Assembly: GCA_038880755.1 (NCBI GenBank)
Contig: JAVZRC010000002.1
Location: 31,821-95,820 of the forward strand
Length of the DNA stretch: 64,000 bases
Origin: Candidatus Micrarchaeia archaeon
Lineage (GTDB): Archaea; Micrarchaeota; Micrarchaeia; CABMEP01
Direction: 5' to 3'
A program made the translations under genes and the position numbers. Shown here piece by piece: positions 44,948 through 54,788 of the stretch (position 1 is the stretch's first letter; every line of letters begins with the position of its first letter). Below the pieces are notes generated by a model. The model saw only the letters and a program-made list of their open reading frames with translations. It was not told where the DNA came from and ran no database searches.

Positions 44948-46819
44948 TTACATCTTCTCAGGAATAGAGATTCCTAATAAAGCTAAAGAAGAAGAAAGAA
45001 CATATAAAGTTGCCTGCGTCATGCCTAATCTTATCTTCTGCTCTTCTTCGCTTGATTTAAGGACAGGAGTAGATTCATAGAACCTGCTGAATGCGTCTGC
45101 AAGCCTAAGTGAGTATTCTGCGATTACATTTGGCTGGTAGCTGGAGGCTGCTTTTTCTACGACAGACTCGAATTCAAGAATTGTTTTCGCAAGCTGCCTT
45201 TCGCTATCGTTTAATGAATAGTTTTTCGCATGTGACGGTTTGATTGAAGGTTTCACATTTGACTTTTCAATTATTCTCTTAGCCCTCACACCTGCATATT
45301 GCAGATATGGTCCAGTATCTCCCTCAAAGCTTATTGCCTTATCCCATTCGAATATAACTCTCTTGTTTGGAGAGATTCTGAGGAATGAGAATTTAATTGC
45401 CGCGTTTACGATTTGTTTTGCAATTTTTTCCTTCTCCTTTTCATTTATTCCTGATTTTTCAATCCTTTTCTCTATTTCTGCGAGAGATCTTTTCATTCCT
45501 TCTGCAAAAAGATCATCCGCTGAATAGCCAAGCCATGTTCCCTCTCTGCCACTGAATGCTGCCTCTGGCAAGGTCACATGTTCATATGCAACATGTATGT
45601 AGTTATTAGCCTGCGCTTCATATCCCATCTTCCTAAGAACGTATCTAATTAAATCCTGGAGATAGGTCTGTTCTACCCCTATTATGTTCACAACAATGTC
45701 TCCTTTTCCAAACCCCTTTACATCCCTACCGTTAATATCTGTAGAATAAAGGGATTTCTTATTTGGCTGCTTTTCAAAAACGCTGTATTTCATATTCCCT
45801 TCTGCTAGGCCGAATTTCCACATTGCAAGTGCAATGTCTTTTGCAGTATATGTAGGGACCCCATCAGATCTCACTATAACCTTTTCATCAGACTTCAATG
45901 ACGGGAATTCAGATTCATCAAGTTTTACTACAACACATCCTTTCTTTTCGCCTTCTGTCTCCTTTACAAATATACCTGACTTTAGCATTTTTGAAAATAT
46001 AGAATCATAAAGCCTGAATCCGATTAAATCGCTTTCCCAAAGTAAAACATCCTCATAAATCTCATAGTTGAATGCAGTTTGTAGCTGTGCCCTAACTACT
46101 CTTTCACATATATTTCTTGCTGTTTTTGAAGATACCGGATCCCTTTCGTCAAGTTTTTTCATTAATCTCCTGACTTCTGTTTCTATCTTTGCTGGATCCT
46201 TACTTATCTCTACATATTGCTTTCCAATCAAGAGATCAAATTTCTCCTTTTCCTGCTCTTCTGTCCTAGGCAATGTAAGATATCCCCATATGCTTTGTGC
46301 CACCTGCAAGCCTAAGTCGTTTATGAAGTTTTCCCTTTCTACAGTGTATCCGTTGAATTCAAGTATGTTTGATATTGAATTACCTAGAAGTGCATTTCTT
46401 AGATGGCCTATATGCCATGGCTTGTTTGGATTAACTGAAGGATACTCTACAATCGCTTTCTTTCCCTTGCTTTCACTCTTTCCATAGTTTTCTTTTTTAT
46501 CTAAAACATCTGCAAAAACAGAAAGAATGAAAGAATCGCTGAAAATAAAGTTAATGTATGGACCTATTACCTTAACTTCCTTAACTAGTTTCTTGCTGCA
46601 TTTCATCTTTTTTGCAATTTCTTGTGCTAGTTCTGCAGGATTTTTAGAATATTTTTTAGCAAGGGTAAAACATATGTTTGTAGACAGGTCTCCAAATTCA
46701 GGTTTTGCTGGAATTATTGAGTTTGTACATTCCTCTAGCGTTGATTCATATTTAATCTTAATTATCGCATCTAAAAGGCTTTCAGCTATTTCCTGCTTAA
46801 TAGAACTTATAATTGACAT
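44948..46819 (-). CDS. argS: Arginyl-tRNA synthetase
   Basis: 'SVNPNKPWHIGHLRN' (HIGH region). C-terminal DALR anticodon-binding region. 623 aa. Confidence 0.9.
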   Translation of the reverse strand: MSIISSIKQEIAESLLDAIIKIKYESTLEECTNSIIPAKPEFGDLSTNICFTLAKKYSKNPAELAQEIAKKMKCSKKLVKEVKVIGPYINFIFSDSFILSVFADVLDKKENYGKSESKGKKAIVEYPSVNPNKPWHIGHLRNALLGNSISNILEFNGYTVERENFINDLGLQVAQSIWGYLTLPRTEEQEKEKFDLLIGKQYVEISKDPAKIETEVRRLMKKLDERDPVSSKTARNICERVVRAQLQTAFNYEIYEDVLLWESDLIGFRLYDSIFSKMLKSGIFVKETEGEKKGCVVVKLDESEFPSLKSDEKVIVRSDGVPTYTAKDIALAMWKFGLAEGNMKYSVFEKQPNKKSLYSTDINGRDVKGFGKGDIVVNIIGVEQTYLQDLIRYVLRKMGYEAQANNYIHVAYEHVTLPEAAFSGREGTWLGYSADDLFAEGMKRSLAEIEKRIEKSGINEKEKEKIAKQIVNAAIKFSFLRISPNKRVIFEWDKAISFEGDTGPYLQYAGVRAKRIIEKSNVKPSIKPSHAKNYSLNDSERQLAKTILEFESVVEKAASSYQPNVIAEYSLRLADAFSRFYESTPVLKSSEEEQKIRLGMTQATLYVLSSSLALLGISIPEKM

Positions 46820-46923
46820 AAAAAGATATGCGAATATAAATTTAAAAGAACTGCTGTAATTGATATAAGTTTAAATATTTGACAGCAATAATTAATAAAG
46901 AAGCATTATTAATCGATTTCTAA

Positions 46924-46996
46924 GGGGCCGTGGGCTAACCTGGTACGCTGCCAGCTTCGGGAGCTGGTGATTCGAGTTCAAATCTCGACGGCCCCA
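46924..46996 (+). tRNA. tRNA-Pro (anticodon CGG)
   Basis: Hand-folded cloverleaf. Acceptor GGGGCCG/CGGCCCC plus discriminator A. Anticodon stem CCAGC/GCTGG with loop TTCGGGA. T-arm TCGAG-TTCAAAT-CTCGA. No encoded CCA. Confidence 0.9.
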
Positions 46997-47023
46997 TATG
47001 TAGATCTTATATCATCTAACAAC

Positions 47024-50000
47024 TTAATCATAATTTTCTAATTCTTCTAAAAATGTATCTGTATCTTCCTCGTCTCCAATCAAATCAATCCTATCGAATT
47101 TCTTTATTGGAATGAGTGGAGAATCAGTGAAATCTATGTCTTTTCCATCTTTATCTTTAATGAAAAGGTAATCGCCCTTTGCACCGATGACATATAGATT
47201 TTTACCTCGTATCCATTCGCCTATTGTTTTATATACATTATCTATCAAAGTTCTGAAAGAGAATTGGCCTTCTGGGTTTATATGATATACTGCATTAAAA
47301 ACCTCTTTATAATGTATTGCACGCATATATTGGTTGAACAAAAATACCATGTTCTCTGCGGATATCTTATCAGTCATATCTGAGTATTCAGACGTTGCTA
47401 ATATTGAAGCAATCTTATTCTTTATCTCATTAAGACGTTCAAATTGTGATTTGAATCTATCTAATTTCTCTTTTGATGACTCTTCTAAAGCAGACTCTAA
47501 ATCAGTCGGAAGGTTGTAGAGCTTTATTATGTCGCTGTTTTCTTTTTCGAATAAATTAACGAAATTAAATGTAAGCTGATTATCTTCTCTTCTTGTGCTC
47601 CCTTTTCTTATGTGATTCTTTATCTTTCTGCTTGCCTTTTTGTCTTTTGTCTTTAATGATATGTAAAAAGATCTAAACTTATCCTTAACAGTCTCATAGG
47701 CAGCATAATACTGTCTAACTAAAGATTGCTTGTCAAGCTCTTTTTTACTTATAGTAGTTGTTGCCGTACCATCTGCCTTTGCAACAGCTACATAGTACTT
47801 CTGCATCATGCTTGTTGCTTCGTCTTTAGATATATTAAGTACTCTCAAAATTTCTCTGTAAATATCCATTTCTCTTCTATATAAGTAGTAATCAACATGT
47901 ATATTCTGTCTCATGAAATATTTTGGATATTGAAGTTCAGCTATTCTTATTATAGGATCATAATGTAATGTACTGAAATATAAATTCCATTCTGGTTGAG
48001 ATGGAAAGAATGTTGATGACAACATAAGTTCTAATGGAATGTATGTCATATAAGCATCATAGTATAATCCTGGCTTTACTTGAGGTATTCCTTCGTCCAT
48101 TAACTGCCTTTTCATATATTCATTAAGTCTCTTTTTGAAAATCTGCCTTTCATCCTCTCTCTTTTTTTGTTTGTAGCCGTAATGCAACTGAGTATGGCGG
48201 ACCTTCCATTCACGGAGATGAAATATTTCATTCATTGAAGTTGGAGAGAAGGCCACATCTGTTATTGGAACATGAGATACCATGGCAGCTGCTTTATACA
48301 AAAGTTTAAGTGTAGGCTCAAAATCAAATATCTCTATCAATGGGTCTATGTCGTGAGTAGAATAAAAGTCAAGCTTGTACTCTGCGTCCTTGTTTCCATT
48401 TATCGCCATTATCTCTAATTCTTTAAGTTCATCATGTGTAGCTATTTTATGAAATTCTGAATCCATAACTGTCTTAATGTACATCCGCTTTTTCTGCAAA
48501 TATATGAAATTTGCAACATCTGCAAGCTTATGTGAAAGATCAAAAGGTTTCGTCTTAAGATATGGGAACCAAACAGAAGCCAAACGATGAGTATCAAGGA
48601 TTTCCTGCGCTGCAAGAGATATCTTCTGGTAGAAATCCCTTCTCCAGAGCCTTGGTTCCTTTTTCTTCACTGCTATGTCAAAACGTTCGGTTTTATTCTT
48701 TCTTGCGCTATCTCTTATTTCTGAAAGATCATAAGGTATAACGTGGCCTACTATCCTATAAGGTTTTTCCTGCTTGATAAATTTAATCACTGCATTAAGT
48801 AATTCATATTCAGTATCAAAATAAAGAACTGTGAATCCATTTATTTCTTTTGTTTCATTATTGATTGCAGTATTTCTGAGCTTGAAATATAATCGTTTTA
48901 TAGAACCGTCTTCTTTTCTTAGATGGATCATTACTCTAGAAATCTGCTCTTTATACTTGTCCTCAAGTAGATTCACATCTCCAGACTGATTCGTTTTCAT
49001 TACCATTTTCTTAGTCAATTCCTGAATTTTTTCATTTATCTCGGATGGATCCATTGTTGAATTCTTATTTGCAAGTTCTGCTTGCAGCTCTGAAATTTCC
49101 TGCATTATCTTTCTTTCTTCTTCTGTTTTCCACATTGGCTTCTCAATGTCTATGAAACATGTTGAAAGTGACTTCCAACAAATATAAGGAATTCTTTCAT
49201 CTGTCAAAAGCATTCCTTCAGGTTCTGTTCCTCCTTTCACATATGGATTTACTTCGCTTTTAGGCTGCAACACTAATTCATATTGCCCGTTATCCCAATT
49301 GTAAATTACTGAATTCTGGCTATTTAAAGATTTTGCAGCAAGATCAAGAGAGAACCTAAGGCTTCCAAATTTCATTCCAATTTCTTCTAATTCTCTCGCA
49401 AAACTTTCATTTGACTTAAAAATTCTATATACGATAGGGTGCTTATCTCTTATTATCCCATTATTCTCTGTTAAGAAATCTGAAATCTTATGACCTTCTA
49501 AATAAAAATGCCGAAAATCATTGACTGCTCTAGTTATCTTTGCGGATAATACTTTATCATGGTGTTTTGAATCTTTTCCATAAAATTTAGAGATCTTATC
49601 AATCAAAATAGAATCTAATTCATTAAGCTCCTTAATCTTAGAAAAGATGTATTCTAGTTCGCTTGAAATTTTTACTTTTTTATACATCCAGCCCAACTGT
49701 CTCCTTATCGACTTGTTAATGTTTTTTGTTTGGAAGCCTAGCTTTTCAAAATTATCCAATATCCTTTTTTCGCATGGGACTGTTGCATTAACAACTGATG
49801 ATTTGATATTGTCAATAATGAATTCAAAATCAGGAAATTTTTTTTCTAATTCTGTTTTTTTATCTCTATCTGCATAAGAGAGATAACACGTAATCTTGTA
49901 TGTCTTGTCCATGGGTCTGTTCAATTTCTCAAGATAAGCATAGAACGAATCGTAATTATAAAAAGGACTTGTTGAAATAGTAATTGGATGATCGATATAA

Positions 50001-50281
50001 ACAGTAACAGTCTCAGGAGAGGACAAAGACCATCTCCTTAAATTCACAATCAGACGATTCCTTTTTGACTCGTACTCCTCAAAACCAACATGGCTAACAA
50101 ACCAGAAAGGCTGTATCTTTTTCTTCTCCTCTTCTTCTGAAAATAAATGAAGCTCATGCTTTGCATCGAAAGAGGGTTCTTCATCTAAAGGAGTATCATT
50201 CCAAAACGAATCATCCTCTTGCGAACCAATAGATTGATTTCTAATAATATGGTTATTCTCTTTTAAGTTATTATTATGCAT
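47024..50281 (-). CDS. Highly divergent family-B DNA polymerase-like protein (DEDDy exonuclease motifs clear, polymerase motifs degenerate)
   Basis: ExoI 'CFIDIEKP'. ExoII 'IVGHVIPYDLSEI'. ExoIII 'YSTHDIDPLIEIF'. Possible motif A 'GLYYDAYMTYIP'. Motif C position reads 'YVIGAKGDYLFI' instead of YGDTDS. ~370-aa N-terminal extension. Confidence 0.5.
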   Translation of the reverse strand: MHNNNLKENNHIIRNQSIGSQEDDSFWNDTPLDEEPSFDAKHELHLFSEEEEKKKIQPFWFVSHVGFEEYESKRNRLIVNLRRWSLSSPETVTVYIDHPITISTSPFYNYDSFYAYLEKLNRPMDKTYKITCYLSYADRDKKTELEKKFPDFEFIIDNIKSSVVNATVPCEKRILDNFEKLGFQTKNINKSIRRQLGWMYKKVKISSELEYIFSKIKELNELDSILIDKISKFYGKDSKHHDKVLSAKITRAVNDFRHFYLEGHKISDFLTENNGIIRDKHPIVYRIFKSNESFARELEEIGMKFGSLRFSLDLAAKSLNSQNSVIYNWDNGQYELVLQPKSEVNPYVKGGTEPEGMLLTDERIPYICWKSLSTCFIDIEKPMWKTEEERKIMQEISELQAELANKNSTMDPSEINEKIQELTKKMVMKTNQSGDVNLLEDKYKEQISRVMIHLRKEDGSIKRLYFKLRNTAINNETKEINGFTVLYFDTEYELLNAVIKFIKQEKPYRIVGHVIPYDLSEIRDSARKNKTERFDIAVKKKEPRLWRRDFYQKISLAAQEILDTHRLASVWFPYLKTKPFDLSHKLADVANFIYLQKKRMYIKTVMDSEFHKIATHDELKELEIMAINGNKDAEYKLDFYSTHDIDPLIEIFDFEPTLKLLYKAAAMVSHVPITDVAFSPTSMNEIFHLREWKVRHTQLHYGYKQKKREDERQIFKKRLNEYMKRQLMDEGIPQVKPGLYYDAYMTYIPLELMLSSTFFPSQPEWNLYFSTLHYDPIIRIAELQYPKYFMRQNIHVDYYLYRREMDIYREILRVLNISKDEATSMMQKYYVAVAKADGTATTTISKKELDKQSLVRQYYAAYETVKDKFRSFYISLKTKDKKASRKIKNHIRKGSTRREDNQLTFNFVNLFEKENSDIIKLYNLPTDLESALEESSKEKLDRFKSQFERLNEIKNKIASILATSEYSDMTDKISAENMVFLFNQYMRAIHYKEVFNAVYHINPEGQFSFRTLIDNVYKTIGEWIRGKNLYVIGAKGDYLFIKDKDGKDIDFTDSPLIPIKKFDRIDLIGDEEDTDTFLEELENYD

Positions 50282-50449
50282 GATATTTTGACATTTTTTT
50301 TATATATAAATGTTTCATTTTCCAGCGAAAAAGATGTCTAAAACCTCTAAATTAATGACGCTACTTTTATCCAGATAATGATAATATTTTAAACTTAAAA
50401 TTGCATATATGTTTCACTATTCGACTTCGATTACTTAGATTAATCAACT

Positions 50450-50535
50450 GCAGGGGTGGCAGAGCCTGGTCAAATGCGCCAGCTTCAGGGGTTGGTGCCG
50501 TAGTGGCTACGTGGGTTCAAATCCCACCCCCTGCA
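50450..50535 (+). tRNA. tRNA-Leu (anticodon CAG)
   Basis: Acceptor GCAGGGG/CCCCTGC plus A. D-arm GCA-GAGCCTGGTCAAA-TGC. Anticodon stem CCAGC/GTTGG with loop TTCAGGG. Long variable arm TGCCGTAGTGGCTAC. T-arm GTGGG-TTCAAAT-CCCAC. Confidence 0.9.
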
Positions 50536-50550
50536 CTAAGGGTGGATAAA

Positions 50551-51624
50551 ATGACATACGAAGAGATCCTAAAAATTAATATCTTTGGAAATACAGTATT
50601 TGATTATTTAGTTGCAATGGGAATTTTTCTACTTACGTGGCTAGTTATATTTGTAATAAAAAAAATAATTCTTGTACAACTAAAAGAGATAGCAAAAAGA
50701 ACGAAAACTACTCTTGATGACAAGATGATAGAATATGTAAACAGTATCAATATTTTCTTCTATATTGTGCTTTCTATATATGTAAGTACAACATTTTTAG
50801 TTATGCCAACTATAATACATACCTTGCTTTACTATTCTTTGCTTATAACTGTCGCATATTATGTTGTTAAATTCTCACACAAAATAATAGAGCATTTATT
50901 TGCAAAAATAGAACTGGAGCAAACAAAAAGATATCATGAAACAGACTTCTCACAACTGCACCTGATGAGAGATGTGGTAAAGTACATAATATGGTTCATT
51001 GCAATTCTATTATTCCTATCTAACCTTGGTTTTGATATAACTGCATTGATAGCTGGTTTAGGTATTGGAGGTATTGCGATTGCATTCGCACTTCAGAATG
51101 TGCTGGCAGATATTTTTGCTTCATTCTCTATTTATTTTGACAAGCCTTTCAAGAAAGGAGATTTCATAGTAGTCGGAAATGAGAGCGGTACGATTAAAAA
51201 GATAGGGTTAAAGACTACAAGGATAGAATCTCTTCAAGGTGAAGAAATAATAGTTGCAAACAAAATGCTTGTTGATTCAATAATACATAATTACAAAAAA
51301 ATGAATTATAGAAGAATAAACTTCACATTTGGAGTAACATATGAAACTCCTTCAAATAAACTTGAAAAAATACCAAATATAATAAAAGAAATAATAGAAA
51401 GCAGAAAACATGAAGGAAAGCAAATAGCAAAAGTTGAAAGAGTTTTCTTCAAAAGCTTTGGTGACTCTGCATTGATTTACGAAGTACTTTACACGATTTC
51501 ATCAAATGAGTATAACGTGTATGCAAAAATACAAAATGAAATAAATATTGAAATATTAAAGAGATTTAAGAAAGAAGGAATAGAAATGGCATATCCAACA
51601 AGAACTGTATATATCAAAAAATAA
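50551..51624 (+). CDS. MscS-family mechanosensitive channel
   Basis: 'GIGGIAIAFALQNVLADIFASFSIYFDKPFKKGDFI...GTIKKIGLKTTRIESLQGEEIIVANK' is the conserved MscS TM3/beta-domain block. The start is set at ATG 50551 because the track ORF's N-terminus runs through tRNA-Leu. Confidence 0.85.
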   Translation: MTYEEILKINIFGNTVFDYLVAMGIFLLTWLVIFVIKKIILVQLKEIAKRTKTTLDDKMIEYVNSINIFFYIVLSIYVSTTFLVMPTIIHTLLYYSLLITVAYYVVKFSHKIIEHLFAKIELEQTKRYHETDFSQLHLMRDVVKYIIWFIAILLFLSNLGFDITALIAGLGIGGIAIAFALQNVLADIFASFSIYFDKPFKKGDFIVVGNESGTIKKIGLKTTRIESLQGEEIIVANKMLVDSIIHNYKKMNYRRINFTFGVTYETPSNKLEKIPNIIKEIIESRKHEGKQIAKVERVFFKSFGDSALIYEVLYTISSNEYNVYAKIQNEINIEILKRFKKEGIEMAYPTRTVYIKK

Positions 51625-51633
51625 AGTGAAAAT

Positions 51634-52104
51634 ATGGATCTCAGACCTTTGTTTGTATTGGTTTTGATTCTTTCTAATTTATTTGCTTACAGATATGACA
51701 ATCAGTTGGGGACAAGGCAGACCATTGCTTTATGGCACATTTTAACCTCACTTGTTTCATCCATATTAATAGTATATCTGGCAATACAGTTCAGAATAAA
51801 GCAGAAAAAATTCCACAAAGAAATAGCATACATAATGGCAATCACTGGATTGGCAAGCCTATATTTCTCCTGGCAATATGGATTTGTCATCTCACTGAAC
51901 GCAGATATAAAAAATATACATTATATAACTGGCTTTTTAGCATTGATTCTCTCGCTATTACCAATACTAATAAAACCTGGTGGAAAAATGAAATTGCATT
52001 GCAGAATAGCAACAGCTGCTGCAGTTTTTGCTATTGTCTCGATAATAACTGGAATTATAGGATATCAAGATATGATAATTAACATACTGTCTAGATTAAT
52101 GTAG
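51634..52104 (+). CDS. Integral membrane protein (4 TM), unknown function
   Basis: 156 aa with four hydrophobic helices. Confidence 0.5.
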   Translation: MDLRPLFVLVLILSNLFAYRYDNQLGTRQTIALWHILTSLVSSILIVYLAIQFRIKQKKFHKEIAYIMAITGLASLYFSWQYGFVISLNADIKNIHYITGFLALILSLLPILIKPGGKMKLHCRIATAAAVFAIVSIITGIIGYQDMIINILSRLM

Positions 52105-52113
52105 AAAGGTGAT

Positions 52114-52314
52114 TTGATGGGAAATTTATCTGTAGCATCTGTTGAAAGAATTATAAGGGCAGCAGGTGGGAATAGAGTAAGCAGAGAAGCGGCTGAAGCG
52201 CTCGCAGTGATACTTGAGCAGAAAGGAATGGAAATTGCTTCAAAGGCTGCAAAACTTGCAAGACACGCAGGAAGAAAAACAATCACTGCTGACGACATTA
52301 GGCTTGCACAATAA
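52114..52314 (+). CDS. Archaeal histone (HMf family)
   Basis: 'RIIRAAGGNRVSREAAEALAVILEQKGMEIASKAAKLARHAGRKTITADDIRLA' is a full histone fold. 66 aa. Confidence 0.95.
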   Translation: MMGNLSVASVERIIRAAGGNRVSREAAEALAVILEQKGMEIASKAAKLARHAGRKTITADDIRLAQ

Positions 52315-52372
52315 TTCGATAAAAACTAAATTACAATAAAATTAGATAATAAAAATAAAACAGTTAAAAAAA

Positions 52373-52741
52373 TTATAGTTTTGACAATGCATAGATCAGA
52401 ACAATGTCAAGAACTATAAATGCTATAAGAAGTATATTGCCCGGCGATCCCAAAATTAAAAGGTTTGAAAATTTACTTAGCACTATATACTCCATTACGA
52501 TAGCGGATAAAACAACCAATGCTTTAGATACGAAAAGGTCGTAGTTTAGTATGATATAACCGCCAATTATAGCTATTAAAACCCATGCTATCAGCGCAAA
52601 ATCGCTGAACATTGTAAACCATAAGAATATAGAAGAAGCAAGAATCAGCATCAGATAGGATATGAACTTCGTCTTCAAACCAGCCTCTATTTTTTCCACT
52701 TTTTTCCTAGAAGCGACTGTTTCTTTTTTAACTTTTTTCAT
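52373..52741 (-). CDS. Small membrane protein
   Basis: 122 aa with 3-4 hydrophobic helices after a basic N-terminus. Confidence 0.45.
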   Translation of the reverse strand: MKKVKKETVASRKKVEKIEAGLKTKFISYLMLILASSIFLWFTMFSDFALIAWVLIAIIGGYIILNYDLFVSKALVVLSAIVMEYIVLSKFSNLLILGSPGNILLIAFIVLDIVLIYALSKL

Positions 52742-52770
52742 TAAAACAACCTCAATTTTTTATGACTGAT

Positions 52771-53016
52771 TCAAACCAGATTAACCTCTTCTATCTGGGC
52801 CTGGCTAACTCCTTCGATTGAATTTAGCTTCTCTTCCATGTCTCCGCCCAGATTATCAGGCACGATGAAAAGAACCTTGAGAGCCTTAACTCCAAATCCA
52901 ACATCCTCTATTCTTGAATCTGCAAGTCTGCCTATCTTTGCTATCTCTGCCTTTATTGATTCAAATTTAGATGGATCCTCTGAATAAATTTTTGCTGTTA
53001 CCATTACGTCTCCCAT
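52771..53016 (-). CDS. Translation elongation factor aEF-1 beta
   Basis: 'MGDVMVTAKIYSEDP...VGFGVKALKVLFIVPD..GGDMEEKLNSIEGVSQAQIEEV' matches the archaeal aEF-1beta layout and size. Confidence 0.8.
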   Translation of the reverse strand: MGDVMVTAKIYSEDPSKFESIKAEIAKIGRLADSRIEDVGFGVKALKVLFIVPDNLGGDMEEKLNSIEGVSQAQIEEVNLV

Positions 53017-53167
53017 GATATCACAATATTTATTTATAGAAAAAGAATTTAAATATTAATATCTGAGTTTATGAAATTTAAATCTATAGAGAAAGCTATA
53101 AAAACATAATCCACTATATTATTCTATTAAGGTCTATTTTTATAGATCATATTTCAAAGGTGAATTT

Positions 53168-53311
53168 ATGAAAACATGCATTAGCTGTGGAAAACAAGCA
53201 AAGAATTACACTGAATTCGAAAGCCCGGAAGGTGAAAAAATAGTAAGATGCAAACACTGCAAGGAGAATGGAATACCTTACAAGACACCTTCAGGATTTG
53301 AAGGTCCATAA
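53168..53311 (+). CDS. Small zinc-ribbon protein (47 aa), not in the ORF track
   Basis: My own translation gives 'MKTCISCGKQAKNYTEFESPEGEKIVRCKHCKENGIPYKTPSGFEGP*'. CxxC...CxxC motif. GGTGA SD 5 nt upstream. Confidence 0.5.
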   Translation: MKTCISCGKQAKNYTEFESPEGEKIVRCKHCKENGIPYKTPSGFEGP

Positions 53312-53340
53312 CCATCAAAAAATCATTTGCTTTTATCAGT

Positions 53341-54744
53341 TTATTCTGTCAACACTTTTGCCATGTAATGACCTTCAAGTTCGTAGCCTAATTTTCTATA
53401 ATATTCTCTTACCCCTACCCCGCTGATTACCAATAATTTCTTTATTCCGTTTTCCTTTGCAATTTGCTCTGCTTTTTGCATCAATTTTCTCCCAAGGCCA
53501 GAATGCTGCACTGGAATTGCCTTTTTAGTGCTTGTAGATTCAGTTGGGCTCTTTATCCTTAATTCTGGGCCATAAACATGCAATTCTCTTATAAATGCAA
53601 AATCTTTATTTCCATCTATAATCCTTAATCTGCACAATCCGAATAAGAAATCTTTATACTCATAAGAGATAAAATATTCCTGGCCGCCTGATGCACGATA
53701 CTTGTCAACAATAAGATGTAAATCATCTGAACTTATTTTTTCCACTTCCTCACGATTGATTTTTCCTTTAATTATTGAAAAACCTATCTCTCTACAACGT
53801 ATGCATTTGCATGCCTTTCCTTCCTTTTTTAATTCATCATAAACAAGATTGCGCATATCTATTTTCCTTGTTCCATTTGTTATGAAAGAAGGCGGAATTT
53901 CCCTCATCACTCTCATTATTCTTACCCATTTAGGAACCATGAGCTTTATTTCCTTAAGCAAATAAAGAATCTCATCATCAGAATAAGCTTTATACTTTCC
54001 TTCTTTATACCATAACTCAAGTTCGCTCCCCTTCATCACTTGTGTTGGATATATCTTCACTTGATCTGGCATAAATCTTTCATCATAGAATATTTCATGA
54101 AATCTTTTTAGATCATTTTCGATGCTCGAACCTGGTAATCCAGGCATAAGATGATAACCTACCTTGAATCCAGCATCCTTTAATCTTTTTGTTGCATCAA
54201 CCACATCCTTAACTGTGTGACCTCTCTTAATTAATTTATAAACACGATCATCTGGAAGCTGGACCCCTATCTCGCATCTGGTTGCACCTAGCTCAAGCAT
54301 TCTTTTGACATCATCCTCTTTACAATAATCAGGCCTTGTTTCTATACACAAAGCAACGCATCTGTGCTTTGCATTTTCATTAATCTTCTTTGCCTCTTCT
54401 AAATCCCTTGCTTCAATCCCATTCATTGCATCAAAGCATCTTTTGATAAACCAATATTGATAATCAACTGGATAAGCAGTAAATGTTCCTCCCATCACAA
54501 TTAACTCTATCTTTTCAGTAGGATGACCCATTGCCTCAAAAGATTTCATTCTAGCTAAAACTTGATTATAAGGGTCATATTTTAGTTCTTTTGCACGCAT
54601 AATTGCTGGACTAAGAGGAGTATATGATTGTGGAACACCAAGAGTTGGACAATAAACACAGGTTCCATGCGGACATGGCCTTGGTTCTGTCACTACTGCT
54701 ATTGGAGTTACTCCGCTCATTGTACGTGTTGGCTTTGTTGGCAT
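53341..54744 (-). CDS. elp3: Elp3-family radical-SAM/GNAT tRNA-modification enzyme
   Basis: Cluster motif 'CPHGTCVYCP', a radical-SAM barrel, and a C-terminal GNAT 'VQHSGLGRKLMQKAEQIAKENG'. Confidence 0.85.
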   Translation of the reverse strand: MPTKPTRTMSGVTPIAVVTEPRPCPHGTCVYCPTLGVPQSYTPLSPAIMRAKELKYDPYNQVLARMKSFEAMGHPTEKIELIVMGGTFTAYPVDYQYWFIKRCFDAMNGIEARDLEEAKKINENAKHRCVALCIETRPDYCKEDDVKRMLELGATRCEIGVQLPDDRVYKLIKRGHTVKDVVDATKRLKDAGFKVGYHLMPGLPGSSIENDLKRFHEIFYDERFMPDQVKIYPTQVMKGSELELWYKEGKYKAYSDDEILYLLKEIKLMVPKWVRIMRVMREIPPSFITNGTRKIDMRNLVYDELKKEGKACKCIRCREIGFSIIKGKINREEVEKISSDDLHLIVDKYRASGGQEYFISYEYKDFLFGLCRLRIIDGNKDFAFIRELHVYGPELRIKSPTESTSTKKAIPVQHSGLGRKLMQKAEQIAKENGIKKLLVISGVGVREYYRKLGYELEGHYMAKVLTE

Positions 54745-54788
54745 AAAAGAATAAAGCTACTAAAATATATAAAAATTAAGTGAAAGAT

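Noticed and set aside
50419-50432. 'ATTCGACTTCGATT' upstream of tRNA-Leu resembles the T-arm 'ATTCGAGTTCAAAT' of tRNA-Pro (a possible att-type partial tRNA repeat flanking the PolB-like gene)
   Set aside because: Only about 10 of 14 positions match and the similarity does not extend further. That is too short and imperfect in AT-rich DNA, and no integrase is present.
50401-50550. N-terminal 50 codons of the track ORF 50401-51624
   Set aside because: This stretch runs straight through tRNA-Leu (50450-50535). The MscS-like gene more plausibly starts at ATG 50551 ('MTYEEILK').
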